Assembly: GCF_006345805.1 (NCBI RefSeq)
Contig: NC_043001.1
Coordinates: forward strand, 67,332,001 to 67,396,000
Length of the DNA stretch: 64,000 nt
Source of the DNA: Octopus sinensis
Taxonomy: Eukaryota
Direction of reading: 5' to 3'
Positions 1 through 13,497 of this stretch are shown here, in pieces (the stretch's first letter is position 1; the number at the start of each line of letters is the position of its first letter). The translations under genes and the position numbers were made by a program. The notes below the pieces were generated by a model. That model searched no databases. It worked only from the letters and a program-made list of their open reading frames with translations, and was not told the DNA's origin.

Positions 1-279
1 GGTGAGCAGGAGTAAGGGTTAACAAGGTAAGAATTTAACTGATGTAGTTTTTCATTTTACTTCCAGTTTTCAGTGATATTTCATAAAACGGACAATAGTA
101 AAAAATGAGGAGAAGGAGGAGGATAATGAAAAAGAAGTTAGCCATGAACCAATAAAAACAGTGACTCCTGTTAAATTGCAAAAACAAGGTCTACCAAGAC
201 AGCTGATGGATTTGGAAAATGCCCAGAGGTCAATCGTTTTAATTGCTTATTTCATTTATCTAATCTTCATTATTTTTCA

Positions 280-965
280 GGTTATGTAAGAACGTAGAAA
301 AACAACAACAGCTAACTCAACTAATAATTTCTTGAGGCTCACAAAGATGACAAAAGACTGCAATGATTGGTGACATGTGGTGCTAGAGAAGACCCATCCA
401 CCTGTGTAAGTATGGTAATTAGATGTTGAATGGTGGTGTTAGTGAGCTGGGACTTAGACTATCATCTGAATACATTCTTCTAACCAATTGTTTGCTGTTT
501 CTCTCTGAAATACTCATTTCTCTATCATTCATCTCTCCTCCAGTTATCTCTATCGCTCACACTATCTCAATCATTCATCTCACTACACCCACTCTTGTCC
601 CCCATTCAAAGACCAATGTTGCCTACATAGCTACAGATGGCAACAGACCCTTCCTAATCATTGTACGAAGCTGCCCATATAGAGATAGCACTTTTTAAGG
701 GTGCATATATGCATTAAAATAAATCTTTTCACCATAACTTTCTATCAACTTACACTTAATGAATACATACTTCCTTCTTAACCTCCTCTATCCTTCCTCC
801 TTACTCAACCATTTCCCTGGTTTATATACACGTAGCTCATTTCACATAGCTCCAACTACACTTCCCATCACAAAAAAAAAGTGACTGGCAAAAAGCTACA
901 TGAAGCTAATAGGAACCAAAAGAACACTGTCTGATGAAGGCAGGCAAACCAAAACTTTGAAGTCA
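280..965 (+). mobile_element. Highly decayed repeat, probably a PLE 3' end (endonuclease C-terminus, CT-rich terminal repeat, eroded hammerhead)
   Basis: atgacaaaagactg..atgattgg and gaa-acc-atcca..tgtg-aagtat are shared with 9930-9995. A CT-rich tract follows and ends in ctgatgaagg..ccaaaac at 931-955. Confidence 0.4.
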
Positions 966-2551
966 CTATCAACCTTTTCCTTCTAAAAGATAAAAACATC
1001 ATTGTTTTAATATCTACATTTCTATGCTTGCATGGGTTATACAAAGTTTAGTGAGGCAGATTTTCTATGGTCAGATGCCCTTCCTGTTGCCAACCCTCAA
1101 CTGATTACCAGTGAAATAATGTTTCCTCTTGGCCAGACATGTTTGCATAGAAGATTGGAAACAAAATTACATGATGGTGATGATCATTTACATCTATCAT
1201 GTGATCTCAAGTCAAGACACTAATACATATGCATAAATAATATATACATATTGTGAGCCTCTTTCAAACTTCATTTACCAAATCCACAAACAAGGATTTT
1301 GTCAGCTCAGAGCTGAGCAATGAGACTATGTGATTGTGAAGCAAACTCTTCTACCCAACAACCATGCCTGGGCTTCATATGAAATATTATTCACCAATCA
1401 ACCATTGAGTAGCCATAAAATATATTCTTCCAGCTCAGTTGGTGAACATTTTAGCATTGCTTCAGTCAATTCCAGAAACCAAATGGTAAAAATTCTCAAA
1501 CATTTTTTCATATTTTAAATTATTTCAATTTCAAAATAAAATCTCTTATTTATAAAATAAACCATCAAGTATTATGGTCTTGTGAAAAACCTTGGTTTTG
1601 TATGCGGTTATTGAACCTGTTAGAAACTTCAGCCAAATTTCTTTTAAATCACTTTCTACTATCTTTCTTTAAAAGAAAGATAGATGCATTTGATAAATGT
1701 AATTCAAGATACATTATACCAAAAGAAAATGATGAACTGTCCTGTTTTGAACAACTCTAATGAGAAATTTGCTCATTCAAGGCTGACCTGGAGCTAAACA
1801 ACATCATCTAGTGACTATCTTACCTACAAACTTTATTACTATTATTGATTAGCTCCATGTGAAGTGACAAACAAACATATGATCAAAGATTTTCCAGTCT
1901 TGACCATCCTGTCTTTTTTGTCAATGACAGTGTATCTAAGACTACATTATCCAAAGTGTCCTTCCATTTATAAGAGTGCATCAATTAGTGATGTACAGTG
2001 TGTGCCACACATCTAAGAAGTGGGCCACATAACACTTTTAGCATAGCACAGTCATATTTGTAAATGTTGGAAAAACTACACATACTGATCATGAGATTTC
2101 TACAATTACACTATTTATTATTATTTTATTAATTCAATATTTTCACTATATATGGTTGGTGGTGTGTTTGTTTATCTCTGTTATGATTTATGTCTTTCTG
2201 AATTAAATACGAACTCAAACATTGATTTTTGGTTTTATTTAGTTGACATTGGGAGGGCCACAGATGATACAACAAATATGGTGAACCACAACAGTAAAAT
2301 TGACGTTGATAAGTGAATTTGTGGCTGTCAGTGATAGAACTGTCACCTCTTCTATTTGACATTTCTGTGGTATTATGTCCCCAACATACAGGGATGCTTC
2401 AGTGGTTTTATGTTACAACATACAGAAGACCCAAAAGTAATACTGTTGGAAGCATTTCTCAAGAAATTAGAAAATATTACTGTGACCTCTGTACATAATA
2501 AACAAAAACAATATTTTAAATGTCTAAAATAAACAATAAATTTGGTCTAAT

Positions 2552-2582
<31 letters not shown>

Positions 2583-4534
2583 GTCCAAAAATAAAGAAAA
2601 CAAAATAATAGGGTGAAAGAATGACAGTGTATATAAGGTTGATGCTCAAAAAAAAATTGGAAGAAGTCTTTATATACACATAGCAGTAGTAGTCATACAT
2701 CTGTTTGTACACACAAGATATACTCTAAATACATACACCCACATATATAACATTCGTTTATTTGTTAGTTTTTATCTGTGTTTCCATGCCAGCAAGAGCT
2801 AAACAAATATATATTTCCAAGGGGCAGTGTTTTACAACTAAATGCCCTTCCAGTTCCTAAACCATTACCTGCTTTATAAATAAGGGCTTTTTATTTATAT
2901 TTCACAGGTCTTTGAAAGCACAAAGTTTTTGAATGATTTGTAGACAGAGAATACACACACACATGCACAAACAGAAGACAGGCACACACACAGAATGGGT
3001 TTCATGCAGTTTCTGTCTACCAAATTCACTCACAAGGCAGGAAGACATTGCTCAGCCAGGCTAAAGTAGAAGACACATGCCCAGGGAATTGTGCATTAAA
3101 CTGTGCCAAGGAACTGTATAGTGAAAAGACATGGTTGAAAAGTAAGCTTGCAGTCGTGCTTGCACCTCTATAAACTTATTGCACAAGAAAGAACCATAAA
3201 CATTGAAATAACTCAAGAAATGACAATAATTAATTTTATAATATAATTACTGGGAATATATTTAACAAGAAGTTTGGTAAATTTCTTGCTATTTTGTTAG
3301 ATTAAAAAAAATATTACTTTTTATTATTTTAAAACTAAACATTGGAAAAGCTATTGATGTTTGCTGAGAACCTCTATAGTTCTGTGTAGATTTCCCTCAT
3401 TTTCTTCCTTTTTTTCTTCTTTTCCCTGTGTTCATTTAAAATAACTAAAATCTTGTATTTATAAAGGATATAGATTTTTAAATTTAAGTAAAAAAATAAA
3501 ATACAGCTTTCACATAAAATTGTGTTGATGGAAATAGTTGCAACACATCAAAACTCGTTTGAAGTACTGTCAGCATTGAGGAATTAATTTACATACATAT
3601 TTACATGTTTTTACACAAATACTCCCCCCCCCACACACATATATATATGCACAAACACACTTACACAGGCACACACAAGCAGGTGGGGTGATCTATCAGA
3701 TAAGATCAAAGAAGATGCAAACTGTATCACTTAATCATAAAAACATAGGAACCAAGCTAATGTAGATTCCAATAGTAATATCAATACAACACATTTTCTC
3801 TGAAGAATTCACTATCAGCTACTTTTGATTATTTCTTTTACTGATTAATGTAAATTTAGAATTTGATAATGAATGGTGTCAAGAAAATCTGAAGTCTTCC
3901 TATTAACAGCTCGGCATAATTCCAAAGAATGTATAATATAATAATAGCATGTTAAAAGTAGAAATTGCTTTGAACAGCTCACAAAACTACATCTGAATGT
4001 TATTAAACCTCAATACAAATTGATCTTGGTTAGTAGTAATTAATAAAAGACAGATGAAATGTTGGGTTGGGTATTTTGTCAGATTCTCTGGAGGCTGTGT
4101 GTAGGAGTGTCTGAAGTACTTGGAATTACTGTAGGTACCAAAGAAAACTGCATTGCAACTCAAACATAATAAATAAATAGAAAACAAACAGGGCATCTGG
4201 GTCTAAACAGATATTAAATTATGATGATGATGACATGTATATACAAACGAAGCCATTATATTCAATACAGCTTTAAGCTTCACTTCTAATAAATTACCAG
4301 CTATAGATACCGCCATTCAAACACACACAACCTATAAGAGAAGAAAAAGTTGAGTGGGGTGCATCTATCAATGCATGTAAACAAACATAAAACTATATAT
4401 AACATGGTAGATACACGTTTTTATTGCAGTTGTATTTACTTAAGCACACTCGCAAACATATATGTATATGCATTGCAAGTGTGTTTGTCCTTGATGATTA
4501 TGCTAATTTATATATATATATATTCTCTTCTCCA

Positions 4535-6980
4535 TAGCAAGGCTATGTTCCATCTGAAACACAAAAGACTACAAAAGTCATCAGTGCCTAAGCGCATTAA
4601 TGTTCTGCCTTTGAAAATTGCTGGAAAGCAGGCTGAGCCCTCTATCAAGTTGAACACTGCACTCAACACTATTAATTTCAATGATGATACAGTATCATCT
4701 TGGAAGGCTCTGCGTGATGCAATGTACTCTGCATCTGTAGAGGTTCTTGGACTTGTAAACATCAAGATTGGTTCAGTGATAACAACACATATCCAGCATA
4801 TGATGGATAGAATGGACAGCTCTCACAAAACATGGATGAATGATAAGAGCTCATCCAGAAAAAAGAATGCTTGTAAGAAATGCAGAGGCCAGGTCCAACG
4901 TACTCTGAGGCACATGAAGGAGGCTTGGTGGTCTTCCAAGGCTACTGAACTCCAAGAAGCTGCACACAGAAAGGATTCTAAAGCCTTTTATGATGGCCTC
5001 AAGAGCACAGTGTTACTCTTATTTTTTTCATCCAATAGAGAGACAATGTTAACTGACAAATATGACATCCTGAAATGATGGAAAGCACTTTGAAGCCATG
5101 TTGAACTCCACCTAAGTCACTAACAATGACGTTATAATGTCTATTACACAGCATGCAGAAATACCAGAATTATCTCTGGGAGCAGCCTTCCTGGAAGTGG
5201 TAAACTCTGTTAAACAAATCTCTTCTGGAAAAGCACCTGGCAGGGATGCTATCCCTCCTGAAATCTACAAGCATGGCAGACAAAAGCTTTTTAAGAAATT
5301 GCATGACTTCTTCATAAATATTTGTATGGTAGGCCATGTACCACAGGACATCAAAGATGCCTCAATTCAACATTTTTATAAGAACAAAGGAAACAGAAGT
5401 GTCTGTGATTATCATCGTAGGATATTGCTTCTGTCTATTGTTGATAAGATTCTTGCTCAACTCATTCTTGACAGGATCATCAAACACGTAAATGATATCT
5501 ATCCAGAATCACAATGTGGATTTTGCACTGGTTGTGGCACTATCAACATGATCTTTTCCCCTCGATAGGTCATGGAGAAGGTACATGAAAAAATCAAGAG
5601 TTGTTCATGGTATTTGTTGACCTTACTAAGGCCTTCAATATTGTTAACCAACAAGCGCTGTGGAAAGTTCTGAAAAAGTTTGGTATACATGACAAGATGT
5701 TGAATGTTATCATCTTTCATGAAGAAATGAATGTGTGGAATCTTCGGCTTGCTTCGATGTTACAAACAGCACAAAGCTGTTTTATTTACACTCTTCTTTT
5801 CAGTGATGCTGAGGTATGCTTTTGGCAGCATACAAAGCGGTGTCAAATTCCAGTTTCAAATAAGTGGTGGACTATTCAATCATTATAGTTTCAAAGCCAG
5901 AACACTGGTACGCACCAGTATCATTTGTGATCTACTTTTTGCAGATGATGCTGCACTAGTAGTGACCTCCTTAGAGAAAGCTCAGGAACTTCTAGACCGG
6001 TTTTCTGCTGCATGTAAAGCCTTTGGTTTGACCATCAGCATATAAAAGATAGAAGTAATCCATCAACCTTGCACTACACCTAAAGAAATTCGAGGCGTCA
6101 AGCAGAGACCACTACTTCACAATTTTCCAGACACTCCTATACAGGTTGATGGGAAAAACCTAAATTATGTGCAGTCATTTACATATCTTGGCAGTAAAGT
6201 GAATTGGAGCACTTCCCTTGATGATGAAATCATCAGCCATCTTGCAAAGGCAATCACTGCATGAAGAAAACTTTGTCATCGCTTATGGAATGAAAGAGGC
6301 ATCAAACTTGACACCAAAGTATTGGTCTATAAAGCTGCTATTCTTACTAATCTCTTGTATCGCTCAAAATCGTGGATACCCTATAAATGACACATTAACC
6401 AGCTAAACATCTTCCACAAAGGCTGTTTGAGGACACTCTGCAGTTATTCACTAAAAGACAGAGTTTCTAATGCCAACCTGTTTCACAAGTGTTAGATTGG
6501 TGGAATCTGGAGCTTCCTTATGTAATCACAATTGCACTGGGCTGACCATGTCATCAGAATGAGTGACAAAAGAATACCCAAAGTCCTCATGTACAGCCAG
6601 CTTCATAGTGGGCATAGGAATGTTGGTCAAACATGGCTCAAATATGAGGACAAGCTGAAAAGTAACCTCTTAGCAATGAAGATAGCTCACAGCACTGAGC
6701 AAACAGCTTTGGAGCGAACAAAATGGAGATCATTGTGTCAAAATGGCATTAGAAACATTGTTGCAACCAGCATTAACAGGCTTTGGGGTGCAAGGCAAAG
6801 GAGAAAAGTGACTGCAAATATACCACCTGAATTGACCTGTAATCTTCATACTTGCAGGATCTGTGGGCTTTTTTGTGAATCATTGGTGGGACTTAAATGT
6901 CACATTGGACATAAGTATTATGACTGACAAAGAAAAAGTAGGCTGTCGGATCCTCATACATCGAAACTGATGGGAGAGTT

Positions 6981-6985
<5 letters not shown>
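4535..6985 (+). mobile_element. 5'-truncated RTE-clade LINE, frameshifted RT plus C-terminal C2H2 finger
   Basis: ORF fragments: SGKAPGRDAIPPEIYK, PESQCGF, FVDLTKAF, LLFADDAAL, WADHVIRMSDKRIPK, CRICGLFCESLVGLKCHIGH. Bounded by (TA)n on both sides. Confidence 0.92.
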
Positions 6986-7020
<35 letters not shown>

Positions 7021-7204
7021 TAGCTTAATCATCAAAAACAAACACATACACACACAATCACATACAACCTGTATGGCACTTAATAAAGGCAGTTAACTTC
7101 TGCTTTTGTGACAACTATATTACACACATCATGGAGCTGAGCACTCTGCATAGGGGATTAATAGTATAATATGTAAGTATATATATATATATTTATATAT
7201 ATTG

Positions 7205-7420
7205 GTAAAACCGGTAAGATAACAAAAGAAAGAAAGAGACCCCAATATTATGTAAATAGAGGAAATTTATCTGTAAAATAATATAACGGCCTTTTTTCAT
7301 AGCGTTTTTCAGATGGCCAGATAACCGAAGAGATAGTGTTGTGGATTTCCACCTCGGCATCTGAAACTCAGAGTTTTATCTTGGCTACCGAATAATTGTC
7401 ACATATTATTTTACAGATAT
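7205..7420 (+). mobile_element. PLE terminal-repeat-like fragment containing a hammerhead motif
   Basis: Flanked by (TA)n. Contains the motif at 7319-7381 inside a perfect 17-bp inverted repeat (7268-7284 / 7403-7419). Confidence 0.6.
7319..7381 (+). ncRNA. Type-I hammerhead-like motif, variant core CCGAAGA
   Basis: Helix I AGATAA/TTATCT; core CCGAAGA; helix II GAT..GTGG-attt-CCAC..ATC plus an extra T; GAA; helix III ACTC-A-GAGT; H17=U. Confidence 0.6.
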
Positions 7421-7429
7421 ATATATATA

Positions 7430-7650
7430 AAGTTAATCCAAACATGAAAACACAAAGAGAAAACACAACGTGAGGACATAGAACAAGTATAGTGTTATTG
7501 GACGCTCAGGAAAGGAAAGAAAGAAGGAGGATTTAACGTTTCGAGTGGAGCTCTTCATCAGAAACATAGGAAAAGGAAAGATCCAAGGAAGGGAAGATAG
7601 AGGAAAAAAAAATTCGCCAACAATACACATGCGGTCACATATAATAAAGC
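7430..7650 (-). mobile_element. Short PLE-terminal-repeat family B, copy 1, with minimal hammerhead at 7531-7565
   Basis: Minus strand GTTT-CTGATGA-A-GAG-ctcca-CTC-GAAAC-GTT-AAAT. Near-identical to 43090-43247 and 53155-53360. Confidence 0.75.
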
Positions 7651-8280
7651 AAGTCATAGATGTTGTGACTGTCTCACATCAAATGATAACCCTTTATTGA
7701 ATTTTAAATTAACTTCCTTATCTTAAATCAAGAATATCTTTTTATAAAGAATTAGAAATCATTTAAATTTATATAATAATATTTATAATTTTAGTCTGAG
7801 TAGGTGTTGGCCATTTTGACTAGAGTGAGGGTTTTTAACCTCAATTTGTTATAAACAGGTTTTCCAAATCAAACATTTTACCAAATGAGAAATTCTTTTT
7901 TTGGAACAGTGAATCTCAAATCAGATAAAGCTATAAATAATAGCATGTGAATATTGGGTTAAAAAAAAGACCTTTGGATGGAAAAGTCGAAGACTGCACA
8001 TAAGCTCACAGGCAGCTTTCAACTTTTGCTCTCCATTACTTAGATTCATCATTCCGAAAAAGAATTATTTCACATTCTCTCTTGAAGTTTCCAAAATCTT
8101 ATGATTTTATTGAATATCACAGGAGGATAATAGCAAGAATCATAGAAGAGTTTACAGATGAATAATTCAAATACATTTGTTGTGGTTTAGCCCTTGTCTC
8201 TGGCACCTTTCATCTATGATCAAAGACATTCATGTTATGGCTATCTCATCACTTTTTTTCTCTACAGTATCAGAGTATCC

Positions 8281-8432
8281 TACACTACATTAAAAAACAA
8301 GAGTACCCCACACTACATTATCAAACAGAGTAAACAACACTACATTATCAAATACAGTACCCCACTTGACATTATCAAATGGAATGCCCCACATTACATT
8401 ATGAAACTAGTATCTCACACTACATTATCCAG
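8281..8432 (+). repeat. Degenerate minisatellite, about 6 units of 26-28 bp
   Basis: acactacattatcaaa..agtacccc repeated with variable second half. Confidence 0.75.
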
Positions 8433-9699
8433 TATGTCTTTAAGCTGTTAGATTGTGGTTTGAGAGAGATTTGGCTACTAATTCTAACAGCTGAAGCAAA
8501 CATGGAGGTTCTCATATTTAAGCAAAGACTGACAGCTGGGTTCAACATCACTCTAGAGGACTATGTCACAACAGTAGAACTTCAAGAACTGAAGGAATAT
8601 AGAACTCTTGATTATTAATAATGTACCAACTGTATGTGTTTATTATACTAATAAATAACTCCTAATGTTGAGTAAATGGGAGTAGTACAAGTGAATAGGA
8701 GGGAAGTACTAGTGATTCAAGGAATACTAGCTAGATGAGGAACCTCTCTACATAGTATTCTACCAGCTGGAAATAGTAGCCAAATCTTCCTCATATCACA
8801 CAACTTTCTTTAAAAAGACTTGTGTAATGTAGACTGAAATACTCTGGTATAAAGACAGGATGGCCATGACAAGAAGGCATTTGATCATAGTTCTACTTGG
8901 CTAGAACTCACTAAGGGCTAAAGAACAATTTTTTAATATTTCCTCTATTTTCATATTAGAAAAGTTCTGTCAGAGAATTGTGAAAGATTGTATAACATTA
9001 GCACAGAAAGAAGCCATCTACAACATGGCTATATGTTTGTTAAGAGGCATTGATTAATGGGAATATCATCTTAAGATGAACCATTATTAGATATAACAGG
9101 GATGTGTCAGTGGAAAAAGATATTGATTACTTCCACTGACAGCAGGCAGTAACAACATCCATTTGCACTAATATGGAACATCAAACAAAATATGAATGTA
9201 TGTAGCTGATTATTACAAATGAACAATATTGTAAAGAAAGCTAGACTCTTGGTTCATCTTTTTTCTTTTTAGTTATTTTAAATTCTGGTAAATTCCTTTA
9301 TTGTCCTCTGGTACAACGGATGATCAGAGACAATGTAGGGTTGAAAGAAGGCTTTAATCTAGTGGTATCCAACCTTCTCTCTACCTCAATACCTCAGGAA
9401 ATCATTGATTAATTTTTACAAAAATATCACATTTGAAGATAAAAAATTCAACTTTCTTATAATTAATTTAAAAAAAAAACTAAACTTCATAAAGTTCTGT
9501 AAAATAATAAAGTTCTTGGTGTGATAAATGAATAAAGTTATTTTAATATCAAGTTAATAATTTTATCCTGGAAATGGATCTTAATAAGATACACAGTGGA
9601 TGAAATGTATAGAAGAAGGGGATCTAGGAAGACATGGGATGTCTTGCAAACAACTTGCACATGCAAGTGCTACCAGTTAAAAGCTCTGTATACCGGAAG

Positions 9700-9794
9700 C
9701 TAGCAAGTGTATGGGGTCATCATTTCGGGGCCTACCTCTCGACGGCATCAATGCGCACCGGCCCCCTTCACTGATATGAGGCCCCGCTTGCTAG
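9700..9794. mobile_element. Small MITE-like relic
   Basis: GC-rich island with imperfect terminal inverted repeats ctagcaag..gggg / ccccgcttgctag and inner cggggcct/aggccccg. Confidence 0.4.
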
Positions 9795-9849
9795 ATCAGC
9801 TGGTTATGAAGAACTCAATATACTTCTAGCCATCACTCATTGTCTCTTT

Positions 9850-10510
9850 TTAACCAAATCCAGTGGCTAGCCTTCTCCACTGTAGATTGGATGAAGGCTG
9901 ATTTCAAGATGTTAAGCTTCATGGAAGAAATGACAAAAGACTGACATGATTGGCAATTTCTAAGATTGAAAATACCTATCCATCATTGTGAAAGTATTAT
10001 GCTTATGCCTGTACATGTTGGCTCCAGCACCAAAGCTGACCATATCAAAACTTCCCTTGTATCTCATTGTTATTCAATCTATGACACTACTCAGTTGCTG
10101 TAATCATTTAAGAGCAGAACCAGCACATATTTTACCCATCACTTTTTCATGACCAATTTACCTGTTTCTATCCCTGAAACCACTTCCTCTTAAACTTCAT
10201 CCCTCATTATCATTCCTGTCCAAACTACTTCCTACCAATCACCCCAGAATCTGACAAGCTACAGAGCTCTATCTGTGCCTTCAGTTGACATTCCCTCTTC
10301 TCTGAGCATCACACTTCATCTTTAATGTCTCTCTCTTATTTGCTATCATTCTTAACACTGTCTAATATCTACTACTGATGACACCTCCCACCTTTGTCAT
10401 CCCACTCACTCTGATGTACAATACCTGTACTTTGTCCCTCTGTCATACTTCAGCTTTCACCACCTGACATAAACCAATCTCCCATCTCTCAAATACACTC
10501 TCACTCACTC
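9850..10510 (+). mobile_element. Second decayed copy of the 280-965 repeat family
   Basis: Shared motifs as above, then a CT-rich tract. Remnant peptide DKRL..AISKIENTYP resembles a GIY-YIG C-terminus. Confidence 0.35.
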
Positions 10511-10569
10511 AGTCAAGGGGTCCTTTTCTTTTCCCTTTTTATTGTTCTTTTATTATCTTGTGAATTACT

Positions 10570-10750
10570 TGGCAATCTCATTAGTGCCGGTGGCATGAAA
10601 AATGCACCCAGTACATACTTTAAAATGGTTAGTATTAAAGAGCATTCAGCTGCAGAAACTGCCAAAGCTAACCTGATAGAGCTCTGTAGCTTGTCAGATT
10701 CTGTCAAACTATCCAACCCATGCTAGCATGGAAAATGGACATTAAATGAC
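10570..10750 (+). mobile_element. RTE-tail SINE-like repeat (family D)
   Basis: gtgccggtggcatg..tccaacccatgctagcatggaaaatggacattaaatga. The same tail occurs at 19030, 19390, 29875, 32300, 34851 and 50025. Confidence 0.75.
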
Positions 10751-11889
10751 TGACACACTTTTCTGTTTTGTTGCATCCCTTGAAATGCCAACTTACTCCC
10801 ACCTACATCCTTACTATACCTGGTATCATGATGAAATAACAGTATACTCTGCAAAGTGGTTGGTGTTAGGAAGGGCAGCTAGAAAACTGAATATTAGAAA
10901 TGAATGACATTGCTTATATGACAGTAATACTCACAACTATCACATGTCAAGACTGTGAGAGACACACACAATCCAAACACAAAGACAAAGGAAGACTTTA
11001 ACACATCATTAATGATCAGTTACAATTGTTTCAGTACCAACTCTGCTTTCACAGCCAGTTCATGCCAAAGTTCCAAGTGAAAATTGATATGATATTGATT
11101 TTTTATTACCCACAAGGGGCCAATGAAGAGGGGGACAATACAATCTGATTTTGGGGTCAGATGAGCGAAAGATTATACAAAAAAATGACATTAAAAATTT
11201 TACAAAAATAAGAAAATATAATAAAATCAAATGGTAGGACAGACCGGAAGACATTACGGATGGAGTGGGGAGCAGGTTTAATTCGGACCCCACGAGCCCT
11301 GCCTCGCCACTGATACCTGAGTTACATCCTGTGTCGCATTCATGAGGTTCCATCCACACGCAACATCCGTGCTACATTCTTCCATTGAAAATTTATATAA
11401 TATTTGCAGTTTTAAACATTAGAGTGGTACTTCTGCAGGCCTGCATCAAAGGTATGCTGTTACATTCTTTGTCTTTTTATTTGGATTATATTTTACTCTT
11501 CGCTAAACTCACACAACAGTTTTAACATCACGAAACCAGGATTTTCTACACCTGAAGAATTTCTGTATTACACTGGAATCCGACAGTGTATATAGCCTGA
11601 GTTTCAGGCTGAGTGCTGCACTAGAAATACTCCAACTTTCTACCCTCCCAGGACTTCATATATGATAGGCTTCTTTCAGTTTCCATCTACGAAATCCACT
11701 CAGTAAATTTTGGTTGGCCTGGGGACATAGTGAAACCATGTAATTGGGAAGCAAACTTCTTAATCATACAGCAGTGGTTTCCAATGTTTCTGTTACCCCA
11801 ACCATATCTCCTTCCTATATTTATTCATAACCAGACCTCAAAACCACAGGTCTACAGAGTTTCAACACATTACTCCATTACTCCACAAC

Positions 11890-12115
11890 ACCTAAATATT
11901 GGTTTCAAATTCTGGCACAAGGCCAGTAATTTCAAGGGAGAGTGTAAGTCAATTACATTGACTCCAGTACTCAACTGGTACTTATTTTATAACCCTGAAA
12001 GGATGAAAGGTAAAGTTGACCTTGGAGGAATTTGAACTCAGAATGTAAAAACAAATGAAATACTGATAAGCATTTTGCCCAGCATGCTAACAAGTCTGCC
12101 ATCTTGCCACCTTAT
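11890..12115 (-). mobile_element. tRNA-derived SINE (family B)
   Basis: Minus strand: ggcaagatggcagact (A-box-like), gagttcaaattcc (B-box), ttcatcctttcagggtt..aagtaccagttgagtactgg core. Confidence 0.75.
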
Positions 12116-13497
12116 ACAACACCTAAATATTAACAACAACTATTAGTGAGTGCTCAATCTGCTAGACATAGCAGCCAAATCTTTCTCAAATTGCATTCTG
12201 TCATCTCAAAAATGAGAATGAACACATTTGATAATGTAATTTTAGATACACTATACCTGTAAAAAAAGAAAAAGGTTGTTCACAGTTGGAAATACATTCA
12301 ATCAAAGGCTTAATCAAAGAGGAGTAAATAACAAAATGGATGGATATTTCTGCTGTTTCATGAGCTTTGTTCCTCTAGTGACACACAACTTTTATCTTTT
12401 CCTTTTTATCAGATTGGTACAGATAGTGACACCACCTGTCAACATCTTCCTTAAATATTAGCAGAGATGGAACTGATAATGTATGGATGCTGTTGGAATT
12501 TGTTGCACAGAAGCTTTGAAAATTTCATTAGTAATAATGAGTTCCTTAATTAGATATAATGTCTTTGGGCCATACTGTATTCCACTGTGAGTGCACCTCT
12601 AATGACGATGATAATGACGATGGTAGTGGTGGTGAGGATGATAATAGTGATATTGTTTCCAGAGGTGTTTGGGGGGGGGAGCTGTTTTTAATCAAGCAAC
12701 AATCTTTACAATTTTTACAGAAAAAAACCCCCAAAACTAACATTTTAAAGTTTTCCAAAGACATAGTGAAGTTGAATTAATAATAATAACAATAATAAAG
12801 TTTTCTTATTTTCTTAACAACTACAACAGAGCTACAATTGCTAAAAATAAAGCCCCCCGCCAATGGGCATATCTGCACATGTTAAGACATTTCCAATTTA
12901 AAAAACATAACCCATTCCTTGCAGATTCTGCATACAATCAACACTCAATAACATATCACATTACCAATACAACACACAATATATACAACCATCCCCCCAG
13001 TAATGTAAAACAAGACATACTCTTACATAATCGGCACCCAATACTATAACACACCTGACATCCCACCAACAACTCACCTGCCTCATCTTCTATATAATTG
13101 TCACCAAAAATATAACATAACCCACACAGTATATATTCCAAACAATACAGTCAACAGCAAATGAAATAAGACATCATCTTTCCATGAGGGGTAAATTTCC
13201 TACAGATGAGTACTCTTCCTGTTGCCAATCCTTAGCGAATTTCATCTGATTCATGCAAGCATGGAAAAGTGGATGTTAAAATGGTGGTGATGATGATAAC
13301 ACAAATATTAAAACACTTCCATACTCACTCTCTGTCTGTCTATCTCTCTCTCTCACTCACTCACTCACACACTCACTCACACACACACACACACACAAAC
13401 ATGTAATGAGAGGAATAGATTATTGGAGTGCTAGCTCATAGATTGTGAGTTTAAATCTGATTCAGGTGTTCTTTATTATTATTATTATTATTATTAT

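Noticed and set aside
1-411. Apparent small exons (donors at 27, 229, 406; acceptors at 73, 280)
   Set aside because: Frames contain stops, introns would be only about 50 nt, and 340-410 matches a dispersed repeat at 9930-9995.
2243-2530. Protein-like stretch after an AG acceptor
   Set aside because: Stops in all frames and no recognisable motif.
4079-4128. Possible terminal exon IPSTSDTPTHSLQRI-stop on the minus strand
   Set aside because: Good acceptor only; no recognisable homology and two frames are equally plausible.
8281-8432. CRISPR-like repeat/spacer appearance
   Set aside because: Units are too short, the repeats are degenerate, spacers are related to each other, and the context is eukaryotic with no cas genes.
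9299-9336. Short hairpin ttgtc(c)tctggt..atcagagacaa as pre-miRNA or snoRNA
   Set aside because: Stem too short and no recognisable family or box motifs.
11200-11400. GC-richer patch resembling an RTE 5' UTR (minus)
   Set aside because: Only an 11-nt match (atgtaactcag) to 48642-49197; too little to assign.
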